The notes under the pieces: model-generated
Database searches by the model: none
Seen by the model: only the letters and a program-made list of their open reading frames with translations
Told to the model about the DNA's origin: nothing
Part shown: positions 1 through 10,080 of the stretch, piece after piece
Layout of the letters: each line of letters opens with the position of its first letter
Position numbering within the stretch: the first letter of the stretch is position 1
Source: a virus
Taxonomy: Duplodnaviria > Heunggongvirae > Uroviricota > Caudoviricetes
Length of the DNA stretch: 64,000 nucleotides
Virus record (IMG/VR): IMGVR_UViG_3300020046_004077
Reading direction: 5' to 3' (one strand)
Program-made: the position numbers and the translations under genes

Positions 1-726
1 AGGTATACCATTAGCAGTACCATTTTGCCATGATGGTAACCCTCCTGACAAAGTAAGAACTTGTCCGTTGGACCCTATACCAAGATTAGTCCAAACTCCT
101 CCAGAATAGATAACTATGTCACCACTTGATGGTGTTATTGCTGAACTAAATGCTAGTCTATTGTTCAATTGAGTTTGAACAGAAGAGCTTACATCAAGGT
201 ATCCAAGAGTAACGTTTGAAACTGAAGAATGAGTAGGTATTCCATTACTGTCTGTTATAACTACAACATTTGGATTGATAGCAGCAGCTTCAGAAAACAC
301 TCCTGAACCGTTATTTACTAATAACCTGTTTGCTGTTCCAGCAGCTAACTTTGTTCTGGTTATATTAGCATTGGTTGCAATATCGTTATTTACAATAGAG
401 TTTGTTAAACTCAACTTGCTGTACGTTATTGCTGCTCCTGTGTTAATATTAGCATTTGTTATCGTATCTGCAGCTATACTTGCAACACCAGTGTTTGAGA
501 ATGTAACTTGTCCTGTGATTTGTCTTGGAGTTGCTACATTCGAGCTATTACCAACAAGTAGATAACCTGAACTAAGTGAGTTAGTCAGGTAAGTACTTGT
601 GTCTATTGTTGGAATAGAACCAACATCTTTAGTACTAGCATCCAGTGTAAGGATATTATCTCCTGTCCCACTAGGTAAGCTACCAAGAAGTTTTGCTCCA
701 TTTCTTATTACTAATTGTCCTGCCAT
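1..726 (-). CDS. tail fiber-like protein, N-terminal part (gene runs off window start); paralog of the 726..2324 fiber
   Basis: Minus-strand frame is open from ATG (rc of 724-726, TAATG stop/start overlap with upstream gene) to position 1. Translation MAGQLVIRNGAKLLGSLPSGTGDNILTLDASTKDVGSIPTIDTSTYLTNSLSSGYLLVGNSSNVATPRQITGQVTFSNTGVASIAADTITNANINTGAAITYSKLSLTNS...TANRLLVNNGSG...QTQLNN...GSNGQVLTLSGG repeats the NRLL.NGAG / QTQLN / GSSNQVLT / ..SKL blocks of the adjacent 532-aa fiber. Confidence 0.5.
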   Translation of the reverse strand, partial: MAGQLVIRNGAKLLGSLPSGTGDNILTLDASTKDVGSIPTIDTSTYLTNSLSSGYLLVGNSSNVATPRQITGQVTFSNTGVASIAADTITNANINTGAAITYSKLSLTNSIVNNDIATNANITRTKLAAGTANRLLVNNGSGVFSEAAAINPNVVVITDSNGIPTHSSVSNVTLGYLDVSSSVQTQLNNRLAFSSAITPSSGDIVIYSGGVWTNLGIGSNGQVLTLSGGLPSWQNGTANGIP

Positions 727-2324
727 TATGCTTCGTATGTTATAGTTACCCAACCTCTGTTGTAAGAAGTAGAGTCGAAACTTGTTGAATCAAAAGTTCC
801 ACTTGTTTTTCTTACCAGAGTTATGTTTGTAGAATCAATAAACTGTGCTGACCCTCCTGGTTCCTGACTTCCACCAGGAGCCAATGCAAGAAGATTAGCG
901 TATGTTGTGTCTGAGTCATTTCTCACAATACAGTCTATTGCTCTTATTTTCTTAAAGTCTGCTAACCCATGAGCAACTGTTACGCTTATGGTTGAATCCA
1001 TATTCCAATCCCCAATATTAACAACTTTCTTCTTTAGGTATGCCCCTGTTGCTTCAGTTCTGAATCCTCCCTGTATTTCTGTTGTTCCTGCTATTGTTAT
1101 AGCACCTGTTGCTTCAGAGATAATACTGTTGCTTAAGGTTGTTGAAGAACTAGCTTTTGGAAGGTACCCTGTTGTTAACCCACTTACCCCACCAGGTACG
1201 TTTTGCCATGTTGGAACACCACCAACCACTGTTAATACCTGGTTGCTTGATCCTATTCCTAATCGTGCTGTTGCATTTGACCCGTCCCTAATCAACAAAT
1301 CTCCTATTGTTGTCATAGGGTCAGTTAATTTAGAGTTAAGTTGGGTTTGAATAGGGGAAGTTACTCCTGATAAATAACCAGCTTCAATATCTGTTACGCT
1401 CGATGCAATTACTTGTCCTGCTCCATTGGATAATAACAACCTGTTAGTTGTTACTGCAGCAAGTTTAGATAATGCTATAGCAGCTGAGCCACTTATATGC
1501 GAATCAAGAATCTGTCCTGCATTGAAACTTGTTACTCCGGTATTTGTTACTGAAATCGCTCCACTCAGTGTTCTTGATTGTGCTTGGTTAGAACTATTCC
1601 CTATGAATACTGTTCCGTCTGCAAGTACATCAGAAACAGGTCCTGAACCATTTCCATTATTTGGAATAAAGTACCTTGTTCCAATAACTGTCCATGAACC
1701 AGAAGCTGGGGTTGCAATAAGTTGTATGTCACTACCTACTAATTGTACATCAAAGCTTAAGTCTGCTGTTGAACCACTAATATCTCCAGTTGAAGTGTCA
1801 AAGAATTCTATAGATGAGCCGTCAGCTAACCATGAAGCTACAATACTTCCTGCTCGTTGTTCAAGTGTACTTTTAATTACAACATAATCCCATCTTGCTC
1901 CTTTTGCATCTGTTAAATCAAAACTATCTACTGCTATTGGAACAGTAATAAGGGATTCCTGGAAGTCAGTGGCCAGTCCCGCGGGCCCCTGCGGCCCCGT
2001 TACGGAATCACCTGGAGGACCAGGTTCCCCTACTATTACAGCTGGGGCTGACTGGAAAGTAATTGGAGCTGATACAGGGAACTGGTTAAGCTCACAGAGA
2101 ATGATAAGACATTCCAGAATGTAATTCATCTGTAATATATCCTCTTCATCAGTTAACCTGGATCTCATGTTAAGAGCTTCCAGGTAACCTGATATAGTAT
2201 TAGCTTTATCCCAGGAGCTATCCAGGGCCTTACCGTACTTCTTTTTTTCTACCAGCGTGTTAACCAGATTAGTATAGTAAACCTGTGACTGATATATTAT
2301 GCTTTCCGCTCTTACATCTATCAT
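726..2324 (-). CDS. tail fiber protein with collagen-like G-X-Y segment
   Basis: 532-aa ORF. Contains GEPGPPGDSVTGPQGPAGLA (six G-X-Y triplets, encoded by the GC-rich patch 1975-2045) followed by G/S/T/N-rich beta-repeat blocks (SGSAAIALSKLAAVTTNRLLLSNGAGQV..., PIQTQLNSKL..., GIGSSNQVLTVVGG) typical of phage fibers. Lies at the distal end of the virion module. Confidence 0.6.
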   Translation of the reverse strand: MIDVRAESIIYQSQVYYTNLVNTLVEKKKYGKALDSSWDKANTISGYLEALNMRSRLTDEEDILQMNYILECLIILCELNQFPVSAPITFQSAPAVIVGEPGPPGDSVTGPQGPAGLATDFQESLITVPIAVDSFDLTDAKGARWDYVVIKSTLEQRAGSIVASWLADGSSIEFFDTSTGDISGSTADLSFDVQLVGSDIQLIATPASGSWTVIGTRYFIPNNGNGSGPVSDVLADGTVFIGNSSNQAQSRTLSGAISVTNTGVTSFNAGQILDSHISGSAAIALSKLAAVTTNRLLLSNGAGQVIASSVTDIEAGYLSGVTSPIQTQLNSKLTDPMTTIGDLLIRDGSNATARLGIGSSNQVLTVVGGVPTWQNVPGGVSGLTTGYLPKASSSTTLSNSIISEATGAITIAGTTEIQGGFRTEATGAYLKKKVVNIGDWNMDSTISVTVAHGLADFKKIRAIDCIVRNDSDTTYANLLALAPGGSQEPGGSAQFIDSTNITLVRKTSGTFDSTSFDSTSYNRGWVTITYEA

Positions 2325-2334
2325 GGTTTGAGTA

Positions 2335-3042
2335 TTATCTGGTTAAACATCCGCAGTCATCACACCATTTCTCTGCAAGTCGTGCGTTCTTTTCCCCTTG
2401 TATAAACTGTCCTTGTGCTTCATTGAGCGCAAGAGAGTTAAAGAGATCTCTTATCTTATGAAATAATCTTCCTATTCTTGAGTCACAACCACAATCATTA
2501 CCATCACAAGTTTCCTTAGCGTGTTTGGCTGAGGCCTTCATGTAGCATATTGAGGTTTGAAAATCTACTACTTTACCTATGATTTGATACACTATATTCT
2601 GAGGTTCTTCACTTGTACCTATGTCTTGTAGTAGACTTGTAGGATCAGCTACAGGTGAGAAATAGTTAGTGTTTGTTACAGCGTTTCCTGCTGTAGGACT
2701 ATCATTAATGTATTGGTAGAATGAGTTTTGTGCTGTACTCCAAACCAAGTCATATTTGTTATAGGTAGTACCTATTAACCAATTATCAACTATAATAAAG
2801 TAATACTTGTGATAACCATCTTCTCCATTAGTTGTAACAAATTCTGTTACAGTTTCGGGATCAAAAGTCTCTACCTCCAAAGCTGTTTCTACTAAATCTT
2901 CATCTACTTTGTAAGCAGTTAGATAAAGAGCCACTTCGTTACGGTCAGGATTAGCTCCTCCGTAAACTGTTTCATCAGTCCATGTACTTTCTGTACCGGG
3001 AGCTGTTATTGTACTTCTTACTAAGTTAGCTGTTAGTGCCAT
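2335..3042 (-). CDS. Cys-rich virion-associated protein (possible fiber-assembly/baseplate component)
   Basis: 235 aa; C-terminal CDGNDCGCDS ... CDDCGCLTR double DCGC motif suggests metal binding; located between fiber and major structural genes. Confidence 0.3.
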   Translation of the reverse strand: MALTANLVRSTITAPGTESTWTDETVYGGANPDRNEVALYLTAYKVDEDLVETALEVETFDPETVTEFVTTNGEDGYHKYYFIIVDNWLIGTTYNKYDLVWSTAQNSFYQYINDSPTAGNAVTNTNYFSPVADPTSLLQDIGTSEEPQNIVYQIIGKVVDFQTSICYMKASAKHAKETCDGNDCGCDSRIGRLFHKIRDLFNSLALNEAQGQFIQGEKNARLAEKWCDDCGCLTR

Positions 3043-3112
3043 GTATTATAAAAAAGAACCCTTGTAATAGTCCTTAGTCCTACTACAAGGGTTTCATTAG
3101 TAGTTAATTTAA

Positions 3113-4327
3113 TTATACTCCAAATACGGTTCCCAGAGTAGACTCCAGGGTACCTGATGATGGGGCTGCAATTAAGATTCTTTGAATTTGCTTCTGCTCA
3201 TATTGAGTAGGTACTGCACTTGGCAATACTTTTGGAGCAAGATCCAGGAATATTTGATGGTATGTACCACTTGTAGAAGCAATCAAGCTTGGTTGACCGT
3301 AGTCTGCTTTGAATGCTACGTTTAATGTACTACCAACACCATCGAAGATTGCACCTTCAGTAGCTTCCAATTCACGAATTTGAGTTCCTGCACCAGAACC
3401 AAGCTTCCAAGCTGTAATCAGAGTTACAGTATCTGCGTAGTTTAGTGCTGCTCCAACCACCTTGAAATGTGTTTCAAAGTCGATAGAAGTAAGTTTTACT
3501 CCAAGAGCTGTAGTACCAGAAGTATAAGTAATAGTACCGAATGCTGTTGTTTCTGTAGAAACGTCAATTGTTTCAGATGCTCCCTGGTATGGACGATCAA
3601 TTGTAATTACTGTACCTGATGTTACACCTGTAGTTACTTTGTAAACTGCTGAACGAGATACAATGAATGCTCCTGTTGCAATAGTAGTGTTACCACTAAA
3701 AGTAACTTGGTTTGATCCATTTACAAAAGTTGGGTCAATAGTAGAAGTGTAGTAAGTAGGTGTACCGTTAGTAATGATTTCAGCTTTTACAAAACGGTCA
3801 GGTTGTGTGCGCTGGTAATCATAGTCTCCATTTAGTTGACTTACGATAGAAGCTAGTACAGTGTACTCATCTGCTGTACTGCTGTTAACAGTAGCATAAC
3901 CTTCTTGTACAGGAAACGGTTGGTTTCCAGGTGTTGTTTCACGAACGGTAATACCGTAGGTGAGAGTGTTTGAAGAAGATGCTGCAGCAAAGTTGAAGCC
4001 TAAGTCTCCGGATGTACCATTGTATCCTATTGTGCTAACCTGCTTTACAGGAGCTGTGTAATCAACTTGAATCTTTCTAAAGATGTCGTTGAAATCAAGA
4101 ATAGGAGTTTTGTTAACTACTCCATCACGCTTTTGTGCAATGAAGAATTTGTTAACTGTTGATGTGAGGGCTGTAGTACGTACAGCACCTGTGTCAAGGA
4201 AGACACCAATTTCTCCGTCTGGAGCGTTTGCTACGAAAGCTGCGAATGTTGTGTCATCAGTGTACGTAGCTGTACCAACCATGACTTTTTGATTTAACCC
4301 TGAAAGGTTTTTGCTGTAACGACTCAT
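3113..4327 (-). CDS. major virion structural protein (capsid- or tail-type), T/S/G-rich
   Basis: 404 aa, beta-rich low-charge composition typical of abundant structural proteins; position in morphogenesis module. Confidence 0.35.
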   Translation of the reverse strand: MSRYSKNLSGLNQKVMVGTATYTDDTTFAAFVANAPDGEIGVFLDTGAVRTTALTSTVNKFFIAQKRDGVVNKTPILDFNDIFRKIQVDYTAPVKQVSTIGYNGTSGDLGFNFAAASSSNTLTYGITVRETTPGNQPFPVQEGYATVNSSTADEYTVLASIVSQLNGDYDYQRTQPDRFVKAEIITNGTPTYYTSTIDPTFVNGSNQVTFSGNTTIATGAFIVSRSAVYKVTTGVTSGTVITIDRPYQGASETIDVSTETTAFGTITYTSGTTALGVKLTSIDFETHFKVVGAALNYADTVTLITAWKLGSGAGTQIRELEATEGAIFDGVGSTLNVAFKADYGQPSLIASTSGTYHQIFLDLAPKVLPSAVPTQYEQKQIQRILIAAPSSGTLESTLGTVFGV

Positions 4328-4349
4328 GTCTGTTAGTTGTTATTAATTT

Positions 4350-5435
4350 TTAAATTGTTCTAAGTTGTGTGTCTTGTACTGTTTGCGGGTAAGCTTGATC
4401 TTTTGTATCAAGTCTTAGAATTTCTACCGCCAGATCCACTACTTTGTTATGGACTGAATCAGCCAATTCACAAGTCTGACCCAAAAGTAAACTAATTGTT
4501 CTTGGCTTCCTAATGTAGTCAATGTAAGCTCTAGTTATTATGAAGCTTTCTTTACCATAAAATATCAGGTAATCGAGTGTTTGGTCTGCGACTACCTCAT
4601 CTTTACCGCTATCGTAGAAGGAATTCTGTTTGAGGGAAGAATACAGCAGGTTTTCTTTAGTAACCTTTACAGGGACTATCTGCTTACCAGCGGAAGCTGG
4701 TATTGAAGCTCTGTTGTATATTGTGTATACGGTTGAGCTCATGGCCTGTGATGTTGCTGTAACCCCGGTTGCCGTTAAGCTAATCGTTCCAAGGTTGCTA
4801 TTACTCACAAAAATAAAGGAATTGTTATAGTATGTGTCCCTATAGCGTTCCCAGTAAACTCTTACACTGTTGCTTTGAGCTAGTCTCTCAAGAATGTTGT
4901 TTACTAATACGTATTGACTTTCCCTGTTCTGGAATCCTGCTGAAATAGCTGTTGGACTTGAATACAAGCTTCCTGAAACACTTGAGGTTATTGTAAAGCT
5001 TGGGAAGTAAGGGGCCGATGCGTTCGGTTGTGGAAATGGTATTATAGCTTTCCATTCTGCATAATTTGCAGTAGGTACTGTTGGCGCAGTTGAACAGTCT
5101 AGCGGATCTGTAACAATTTCTACCCTACCATCTACCAAGTAATAGAAATCGGGGGGTATAACAGAATAGGAGTTATCAATGTTATCTTCTGCTACAGGAT
5201 CAGAACCCCCTGGGGTTATTACCTCAAGGGGTTTTGTTTTTTTAATTAATCCTGTAATATGCGATAAGTTAATCTGAGTTCCTTGAAAGTTATTGTCAAC
5301 AGCTTCCAGTATAAGACGATCCATAGCTTTGTTTAAAGCCAGGTCTATTTCTTCAGGTCTAAACTTGTCTCGTTTGAAACTAGCTACTTCCTGAAGTCTT
5401 TGATTTACATTTAAGTGTAGCTGGAAGCAATTCAT
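4350..5435 (-). CDS. hypothetical virion protein
   Basis: 361-aa ORF in structural module, no recognisable motif. Confidence 0.3.
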   Translation of the reverse strand: MNCFQLHLNVNQRLQEVASFKRDKFRPEEIDLALNKAMDRLILEAVDNNFQGTQINLSHITGLIKKTKPLEVITPGGSDPVAEDNIDNSYSVIPPDFYYLVDGRVEIVTDPLDCSTAPTVPTANYAEWKAIIPFPQPNASAPYFPSFTITSSVSGSLYSSPTAISAGFQNRESQYVLVNNILERLAQSNSVRVYWERYRDTYYNNSFIFVSNSNLGTISLTATGVTATSQAMSSTVYTIYNRASIPASAGKQIVPVKVTKENLLYSSLKQNSFYDSGKDEVVADQTLDYLIFYGKESFIITRAYIDYIRKPRTISLLLGQTCELADSVHNKVVDLAVEILRLDTKDQAYPQTVQDTQLRTI

Positions 5436-5437
5436 TA

Positions 5438-5773
5438 TTATTCTCTTTCGTACCCTACTATTTGTTGTTCAGAGACTTGAAAGTATTCTTCCCCATCAAG
5501 TTCTATCTTCTGTGGATTCCATCCTTGCAATAGAACTATCTTGTCTCCTACTTGTATTTCCGTGCAATCCTTACCTGTCTTTGCTACAACATAGTCTCCA
5601 ATCTTGACTTTTGAACCATCATAGATTACTCTTTCATTTTCAAACTCAGAGGAATAATCCTTTAGGAATAAGTCTTTTGAAGGAAGTACTATACCCCCCT
5701 TGGTCTCTTGGGGGGTAGTTACTTCACAAAATAACACGTTTCTGAAAGTTGGGAAAAATTTGTCTAGTTTCAT
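5438..5773 (-). CDS. GroES-like co-chaperonin (Cpn10 family; T4 gp31-like role)
   Basis: 111 aa; ...TKGGIVLPSKDLFLKD...GSKVKIGDYVVAKTG...VGDKIVLLQGWNPQKIELDGEEYFQVSEQQIVG matches GroES hallmarks (GGI[VI]L mobile-loop region, VGD..V, dGeeY...e.dIl). Confidence 0.6.
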   Translation of the reverse strand: MKLDKFFPTFRNVLFCEVTTPQETKGGIVLPSKDLFLKDYSSEFENERVIYDGSKVKIGDYVVAKTGKDCTEIQVGDKIVLLQGWNPQKIELDGEEYFQVSEQQIVGYERE

Positions 5774-5798
5774 AGTTTTACGTCCTGGTCAGCTAGTC

Positions 5799-6752
5799 TT
5801 ATACAGTTTTCTCTTCAGTTTTCTTTTGTGTTACCGGTTCTGGATCTTTAGGTAGGTATTCGTCTCCCTTCTTAACCAGGGTATGGTACTCAGCCTTCAT
5901 CAAGTTCAGTTCACGCGAGTTCTTAGGGTTCTTGAAGTACAATACTGCATCTTCCAGATTCTCTCCAACTAGTTTACCTGATTCTCTGTAAAGAATGTTA
6001 TTTCCTACACGTTTCAAGTACTGAGAGCCTATCATTTCTTCAATCAGATACTTGTACTCAAGATCTTTATCTTTGGCAGTTCTAATAAAGCGTTTGAATG
6101 CTTCTTCCTGCTCAATTTTGTTGAGTTTCTTGTTCTTCTGAGAAAGTTCTTTTAACTTAAGCACTTTATCAGCCATCTTCAAGCTGTTAATATTTACTCC
6201 CATCATGGTCAGAATCTGATCCAATTTGATAGGGTTGTCTTTGTGAGACATGTAAATAGTTGTAGCTTCATCTTCCAGCTGGTTAATATCCAGAGCTCCT
6301 TTTGCTTCTTTCTCCGGATCTACAATGTAGAAACGTTTTCCAAATTGACGCTCAGCTTCAGCTTTACTTTCAGCTACGTCTCTATGACCAATCAAGTGAC
6401 GGTAACGAAGATAGTCTAACGTGTGAATAGGTAGGTTACTTGTAGATAATGGCTGGCTATCATCTTCTAATCCAATTTCAAGCTTTAGTCCGTCTTTAGG
6501 GACTGGGGTTAGGAGACTGTCATAAAATTCAATTACTTTTCTGCGGAAGTCCTTGTCTGTTGCTTCAAGTCCCAGAACTTCTGGTAACAGGAGGCGCTGT
6601 TCTTCAAAGCTAAGTCCTGTGGCTGTTGCTTTGTCTTTAAAGTAGGGGCCAATAGGACGGTAGGTTAGACCTAACCAAGCCTTAACTTCCGGGTCTGTTT
6701 GGGACATCTCTACCAAGTTAAAGTGGCGGTGTACCTCGATTTTCTTACTCAT
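5799..6752 (-). CDS. hypothetical protein (structural module)
   Basis: 317-aa ORF, charged/helical, no motif recognised. Confidence 0.3.
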   Translation of the reverse strand: MSKKIEVHRHFNLVEMSQTDPEVKAWLGLTYRPIGPYFKDKATATGLSFEEQRLLLPEVLGLEATDKDFRRKVIEFYDSLLTPVPKDGLKLEIGLEDDSQPLSTSNLPIHTLDYLRYRHLIGHRDVAESKAEAERQFGKRFYIVDPEKEAKGALDINQLEDEATTIYMSHKDNPIKLDQILTMMGVNINSLKMADKVLKLKELSQKNKKLNKIEQEEAFKRFIRTAKDKDLEYKYLIEEMIGSQYLKRVGNNILYRESGKLVGENLEDAVLYFKNPKNSRELNLMKAEYHTLVKKGDEYLPKDPEPVTQKKTEEKTV

Positions 6753-6916
6753 TTGTTGTTTTAGTTAATTAGTTGAATTGAGCTGCAAATGTAGCTTAAT
6801 AATACAATACCAGTCAATAGTGGGTTTATATTAAGCTAATTTAGTTTATAAAAAGGAAAGCCTGCTTTTTAGGCAGGCTGACCCGAACGTAAACTATGAA
6901 CTAAAACAAAAGAGCC

Positions 6917-7222
6917 TTATATAACTTTAACTGTGTAATTGAGTTCTGTGGCACTAACTTTCACTACGTAAATAATATTTATAGCATTAAGTGTTGCGCT
7001 TATTGAGTCGGTTCCTATATTAACCCAAGTGTAGTTACTTGAAAGGGTAATAGTATTACCGTCTGCAATAATTCTAACTCTATCACCTCCTCCTATTACA
7101 CCATCATTGTGCGCGGAAAGCACTAAAGCTCCGCTTTGGGTGTAATCGTTCCAGAAGGAACCCAGTGGATTATCAAGTCTGAATTGACCTTTAAATCCAC
7201 CAGGAGTATTTGCCATTTCCAT
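6917..7222 (-). CDS. small structural protein (possible head decoration/fiber)
   Basis: 101-aa ORF immediately downstream of putative capsid gene. Confidence 0.25.
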   Translation of the reverse strand: MEMANTPGGFKGQFRLDNPLGSFWNDYTQSGALVLSAHNDGVIGGGDRVRIIADGNTITLSSNYTWVNIGTDSISATLNAINIIYVVKVSATELNYTVKVI

Positions 7223-7224
7223 AA

Positions 7225-8775
7225 TTAGAATCCAGCTACTGTAGGACTAATTTCCAGGTGTAGAGAAGTGTTACCACGTCTCAGGTTTACACCACCAGTT
7301 GCCAGTCTGTGGTAAGAAGCTGCATCAATATCACTTGATAACAAGCTAAGATCTCCACTAGAAAGGTTCTGAATTCCTTGGATAATTCTGTACTGACGTG
7401 GTACGTTAGTAAGACCTGTTACAACACCGTGTAACATTCTACGACCTTTCTCACAAACGAATTGTAAGTTAGGTTCTCCATCGAACATACCGTCATCAAT
7501 GAATACCATTCTGTATGACTCCAGAGGGAACCCTGTTTCAGGGTGTAGAGGAGATTTAACTGCTCTGCGTCCGTAGTCAAAGATTGGATTGTGTTTCACT
7601 TTAATGTAGTATCCATCAATGTGATACATTGCGTTGAAGAAACCAGTTGACACAAGGTCATAGTTTCCATCACCTTTGATGAATTTGTTTGCTACGTTAC
7701 CTCCACCTTGAGCAAGCAGGTTCTGGATAGTTCCAGATTCTTTCATTGCACGGTCGAACTCACGCATACCACCACGTCCTGTGTAAAGAGTGATGCTCAT
7801 ACCATCTGTATCAGACTGTCCAAACAATGCGTTAGCAATAACGTTTTGCAGGAATGCGTAAGTAAGGCGAGTATAGGTAGAGTAGTTGTTGATTTGCTCA
7901 AGGATACCTGCTCCTGTAGGAATTACTTTACCGGTAATCAGGTCCTTCAATGGAATTTCACCATTTGCGCGTCTGTTGTAGCGAGAATACCAGAACATGT
8001 GTTCTACTTCTTCCAGCCAAGCACGTTCAAACTGATATTGTTCGAAGTCCATCCAGAGCTTCATGCTCTTTCCACCATGATCAATAGTAATTGACATTAC
8101 TTTGTTAGCAGAGTTACCTGCCCACTGGTGAGACATACGAATAACACCCATCTGGTTCTTGTACTTACCTGGTGCTACACGCTTGAATTCTGTACCACGA
8201 GATTCAGATTCAGCGTTGAATGTGTTAAGATCACACCACAGTGTAGATGCCTGTACTTCAGATGCAGGACATACAGTCTGATCTGATACAGCGTTAAGCT
8301 GGAGTGTATATTCAAAAGCTTCACCTACTTTAACAGGATCTCCAAGAACGTATGCCTGAACTCCAAGAGGAGATTCAATCATGTAATTCCGTTTGATCCA
8401 GTTGTCTGTGAACTTAAGTTTGAAAGGAGTAAGACCTTTACCAAGATCTACTGTAGAAGCTGGAGTTTCAGCAACTACTGAAGCCTTATTCAGACGGCTC
8501 ATTACTGGCCATGTGAATTGTAAGTCATCAAGTTCCTTTACTTTGTTGTTGGTTTTCTTAAAACCACCATCTCCTGATACAATGTCGCCCATTGTAGCCA
8601 TAGCTAACGGGAATGATTTAGTTGAATCACCCAGCAGCCAAGTCAGTTTCATTGTTAACTCAGCTGGCTCCCCATGACGCTGTGCGTAAAAGTTGAGCTC
8701 ATCCAACATCGCCTTTGAATCGAAGATGTCTTGCTGTACCTGAAACCTAAATTTGTTTCCGCGATTACCTGCCAT
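7225..8775 (-). CDS. putative major capsid protein
   Basis: 516-aa ORF directly downstream of acidic scaffold gene and portal, canonical position for MCP; no sequence search possible. Confidence 0.45.
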   Translation of the reverse strand: MAGNRGNKFRFQVQQDIFDSKAMLDELNFYAQRHGEPAELTMKLTWLLGDSTKSFPLAMATMGDIVSGDGGFKKTNNKVKELDDLQFTWPVMSRLNKASVVAETPASTVDLGKGLTPFKLKFTDNWIKRNYMIESPLGVQAYVLGDPVKVGEAFEYTLQLNAVSDQTVCPASEVQASTLWCDLNTFNAESESRGTEFKRVAPGKYKNQMGVIRMSHQWAGNSANKVMSITIDHGGKSMKLWMDFEQYQFERAWLEEVEHMFWYSRYNRRANGEIPLKDLITGKVIPTGAGILEQINNYSTYTRLTYAFLQNVIANALFGQSDTDGMSITLYTGRGGMREFDRAMKESGTIQNLLAQGGGNVANKFIKGDGNYDLVSTGFFNAMYHIDGYYIKVKHNPIFDYGRRAVKSPLHPETGFPLESYRMVFIDDGMFDGEPNLQFVCEKGRRMLHGVVTGLTNVPRQYRIIQGIQNLSSGDLSLLSSDIDAASYHRLATGGVNLRRGNTSLHLEISPTVAGF

Positions 8776-8799
8776 TTGTTATTTAATTGTTTATTTTAA

Positions 8800-10005
8800 T
8801 TAATCATTTATAAAACTACGGAGTGAAAGTTTACTTGTGTTATCTCCTCCTCCTGTTGTTTTCTTTGTTTTTCCTTGCTCTCCTTTAATTTTAAGTCTGA
8901 GCTTTTCAGCGTTCTTTGACGCTGCTGTTTGTTGTACTATCTTAGTCAAATCTCCTTTTTTGAATTGGAAGAATTGATATTGTAAGATTGACTCAAGGTT
9001 TGAAGGATCAATTGTTGTAGCCAGTTGGTATTTGTCTCCAGCACGTCTTAGATTTGAGTGAACAAATTCTCTGAATGCTTTTGCTTCCGCTCTGTCTACA
9101 ATCTTGAAACTTCCAAGCTTTCTTGTTTCAAGTACTTCATCAATAGCTGTTACAAGGATGTTGTCTCTTTTCTTCTCCTCTTCAGCTTTTCTTCTCTGGT
9201 TCTCCAGAATCTCTGCTTTCTCCTCTTCTTGCTCTTCAGTTAACTCACTTAGAGCATTCTTGGCTTCAGCTATTAAACCTCCTGTTGAATCTTCATCAGC
9301 TTCAATCAGTTTGTTAATCTTTTCATCACTCTTTACTCCACGACTCTTGTAGTATTCACGAAGGATCTCTTTTGCAAGAGTATCGTCTCCTTCTTTTAAT
9401 TCTACTTTTGAGTAGTCCCGTGCAGTAGTTTGGGTGAATAAGTCTGCAGGATTACCTCCATTATTAGCGTGCTCTAATGCACGATAAACTTGAGGAAACT
9501 TGTTAGATAATTCTTCCAGGAAGTTATCTACTACAGCTTCTTTTAAAGCTGCCTCACGCATTGCTACTCCTTGTGGACTAAGTGGATCTACATCTTTGTA
9601 GTCTACATTGAGTTGCTGTCCTGTAATCTTTTCAACCTCTTCAAAGAACTTAGTTGCAGTTTCAGGATCTATTTCTTCCTCTTCCTGCTCCTCTTCTTCA
9701 ACCTCTTCAGCTTCTTCCTCAAGCTCCTCTTCTTTCTCTTTAGGAGCAGCTTTCTTGGATTTCTTCTTAGGTTTTTCTTCCTCTTCCTCCTCAGATTCCT
9801 CTTCTGATTCAGAGTCTTTTTTAGAAGATTTTTCTTTCTTTTTAGCTTTTGGTTTAGGAGTTTCTTCTTCCTCCTCCTCAACCTGCTCCTCTTCCTCTTC
9901 TTCTACTTCTTCCTCTTCAAGTTCTTCCTCTTCCAAGAAGAAGTCATCACTTGCAGTAAAGTCGTCAAAAGAAAGGGGTTGTTCCTCTTTTGTTTTCTTT
10001 GCCAT
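8800..10005 (-). CDS. scaffolding protein (highly acidic, coiled-coil)
   Basis: 401 aa with long poly-E/K tracts (EEELEEEEVEEEEEEQVEEEEEE...), between portal and capsid genes. Low complexity spawns the spurious overlapping ORFs at 9058-10036. Confidence 0.5.
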   Translation of the reverse strand: MAKKTKEEQPLSFDDFTASDDFFLEEEELEEEEVEEEEEEQVEEEEEETPKPKAKKKEKSSKKDSESEEESEEEEEEKPKKKSKKAAPKEKEEELEEEAEEVEEEEQEEEEIDPETATKFFEEVEKITGQQLNVDYKDVDPLSPQGVAMREAALKEAVVDNFLEELSNKFPQVYRALEHANNGGNPADLFTQTTARDYSKVELKEGDDTLAKEILREYYKSRGVKSDEKINKLIEADEDSTGGLIAEAKNALSELTEEQEEEKAEILENQRRKAEEEKKRDNILVTAIDEVLETRKLGSFKIVDRAEAKAFREFVHSNLRRAGDKYQLATTIDPSNLESILQYQFFQFKKGDLTKIVQQTAASKNAEKLRLKIKGEQGKTKKTTGGGDNTSKLSLRSFIND

Positions 10006-10080
10006 TGTTCTTAGTTTAGTTGTTCAAATATACTAGCTTGTTTATTCCCTAGCTAATTAAGGGTTTATTCCTAGATTTTA

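Noticed and set aside
275-1887. Plus-strand ORFs 275-565, 988-1350, 1426-1887
   Set aside because: They lie antisense to the repeat-rich tail-fiber genes. Their composition (Val/Ala/Pro/Ile runs) mirrors the fiber codons on the opposite strand, and they have no independent start context.
9058-10036. Several plus-strand ORFs (9058-9243, 9104-9352, 9571-9807, 9608-10036) and the K/R-rich minus ORF 9669-9881
   Set aside because: All lie inside the poly-E/K scaffold gene. They are low-complexity artefacts of the GAA/GAG-rich tract read in other frames or on the other strand.
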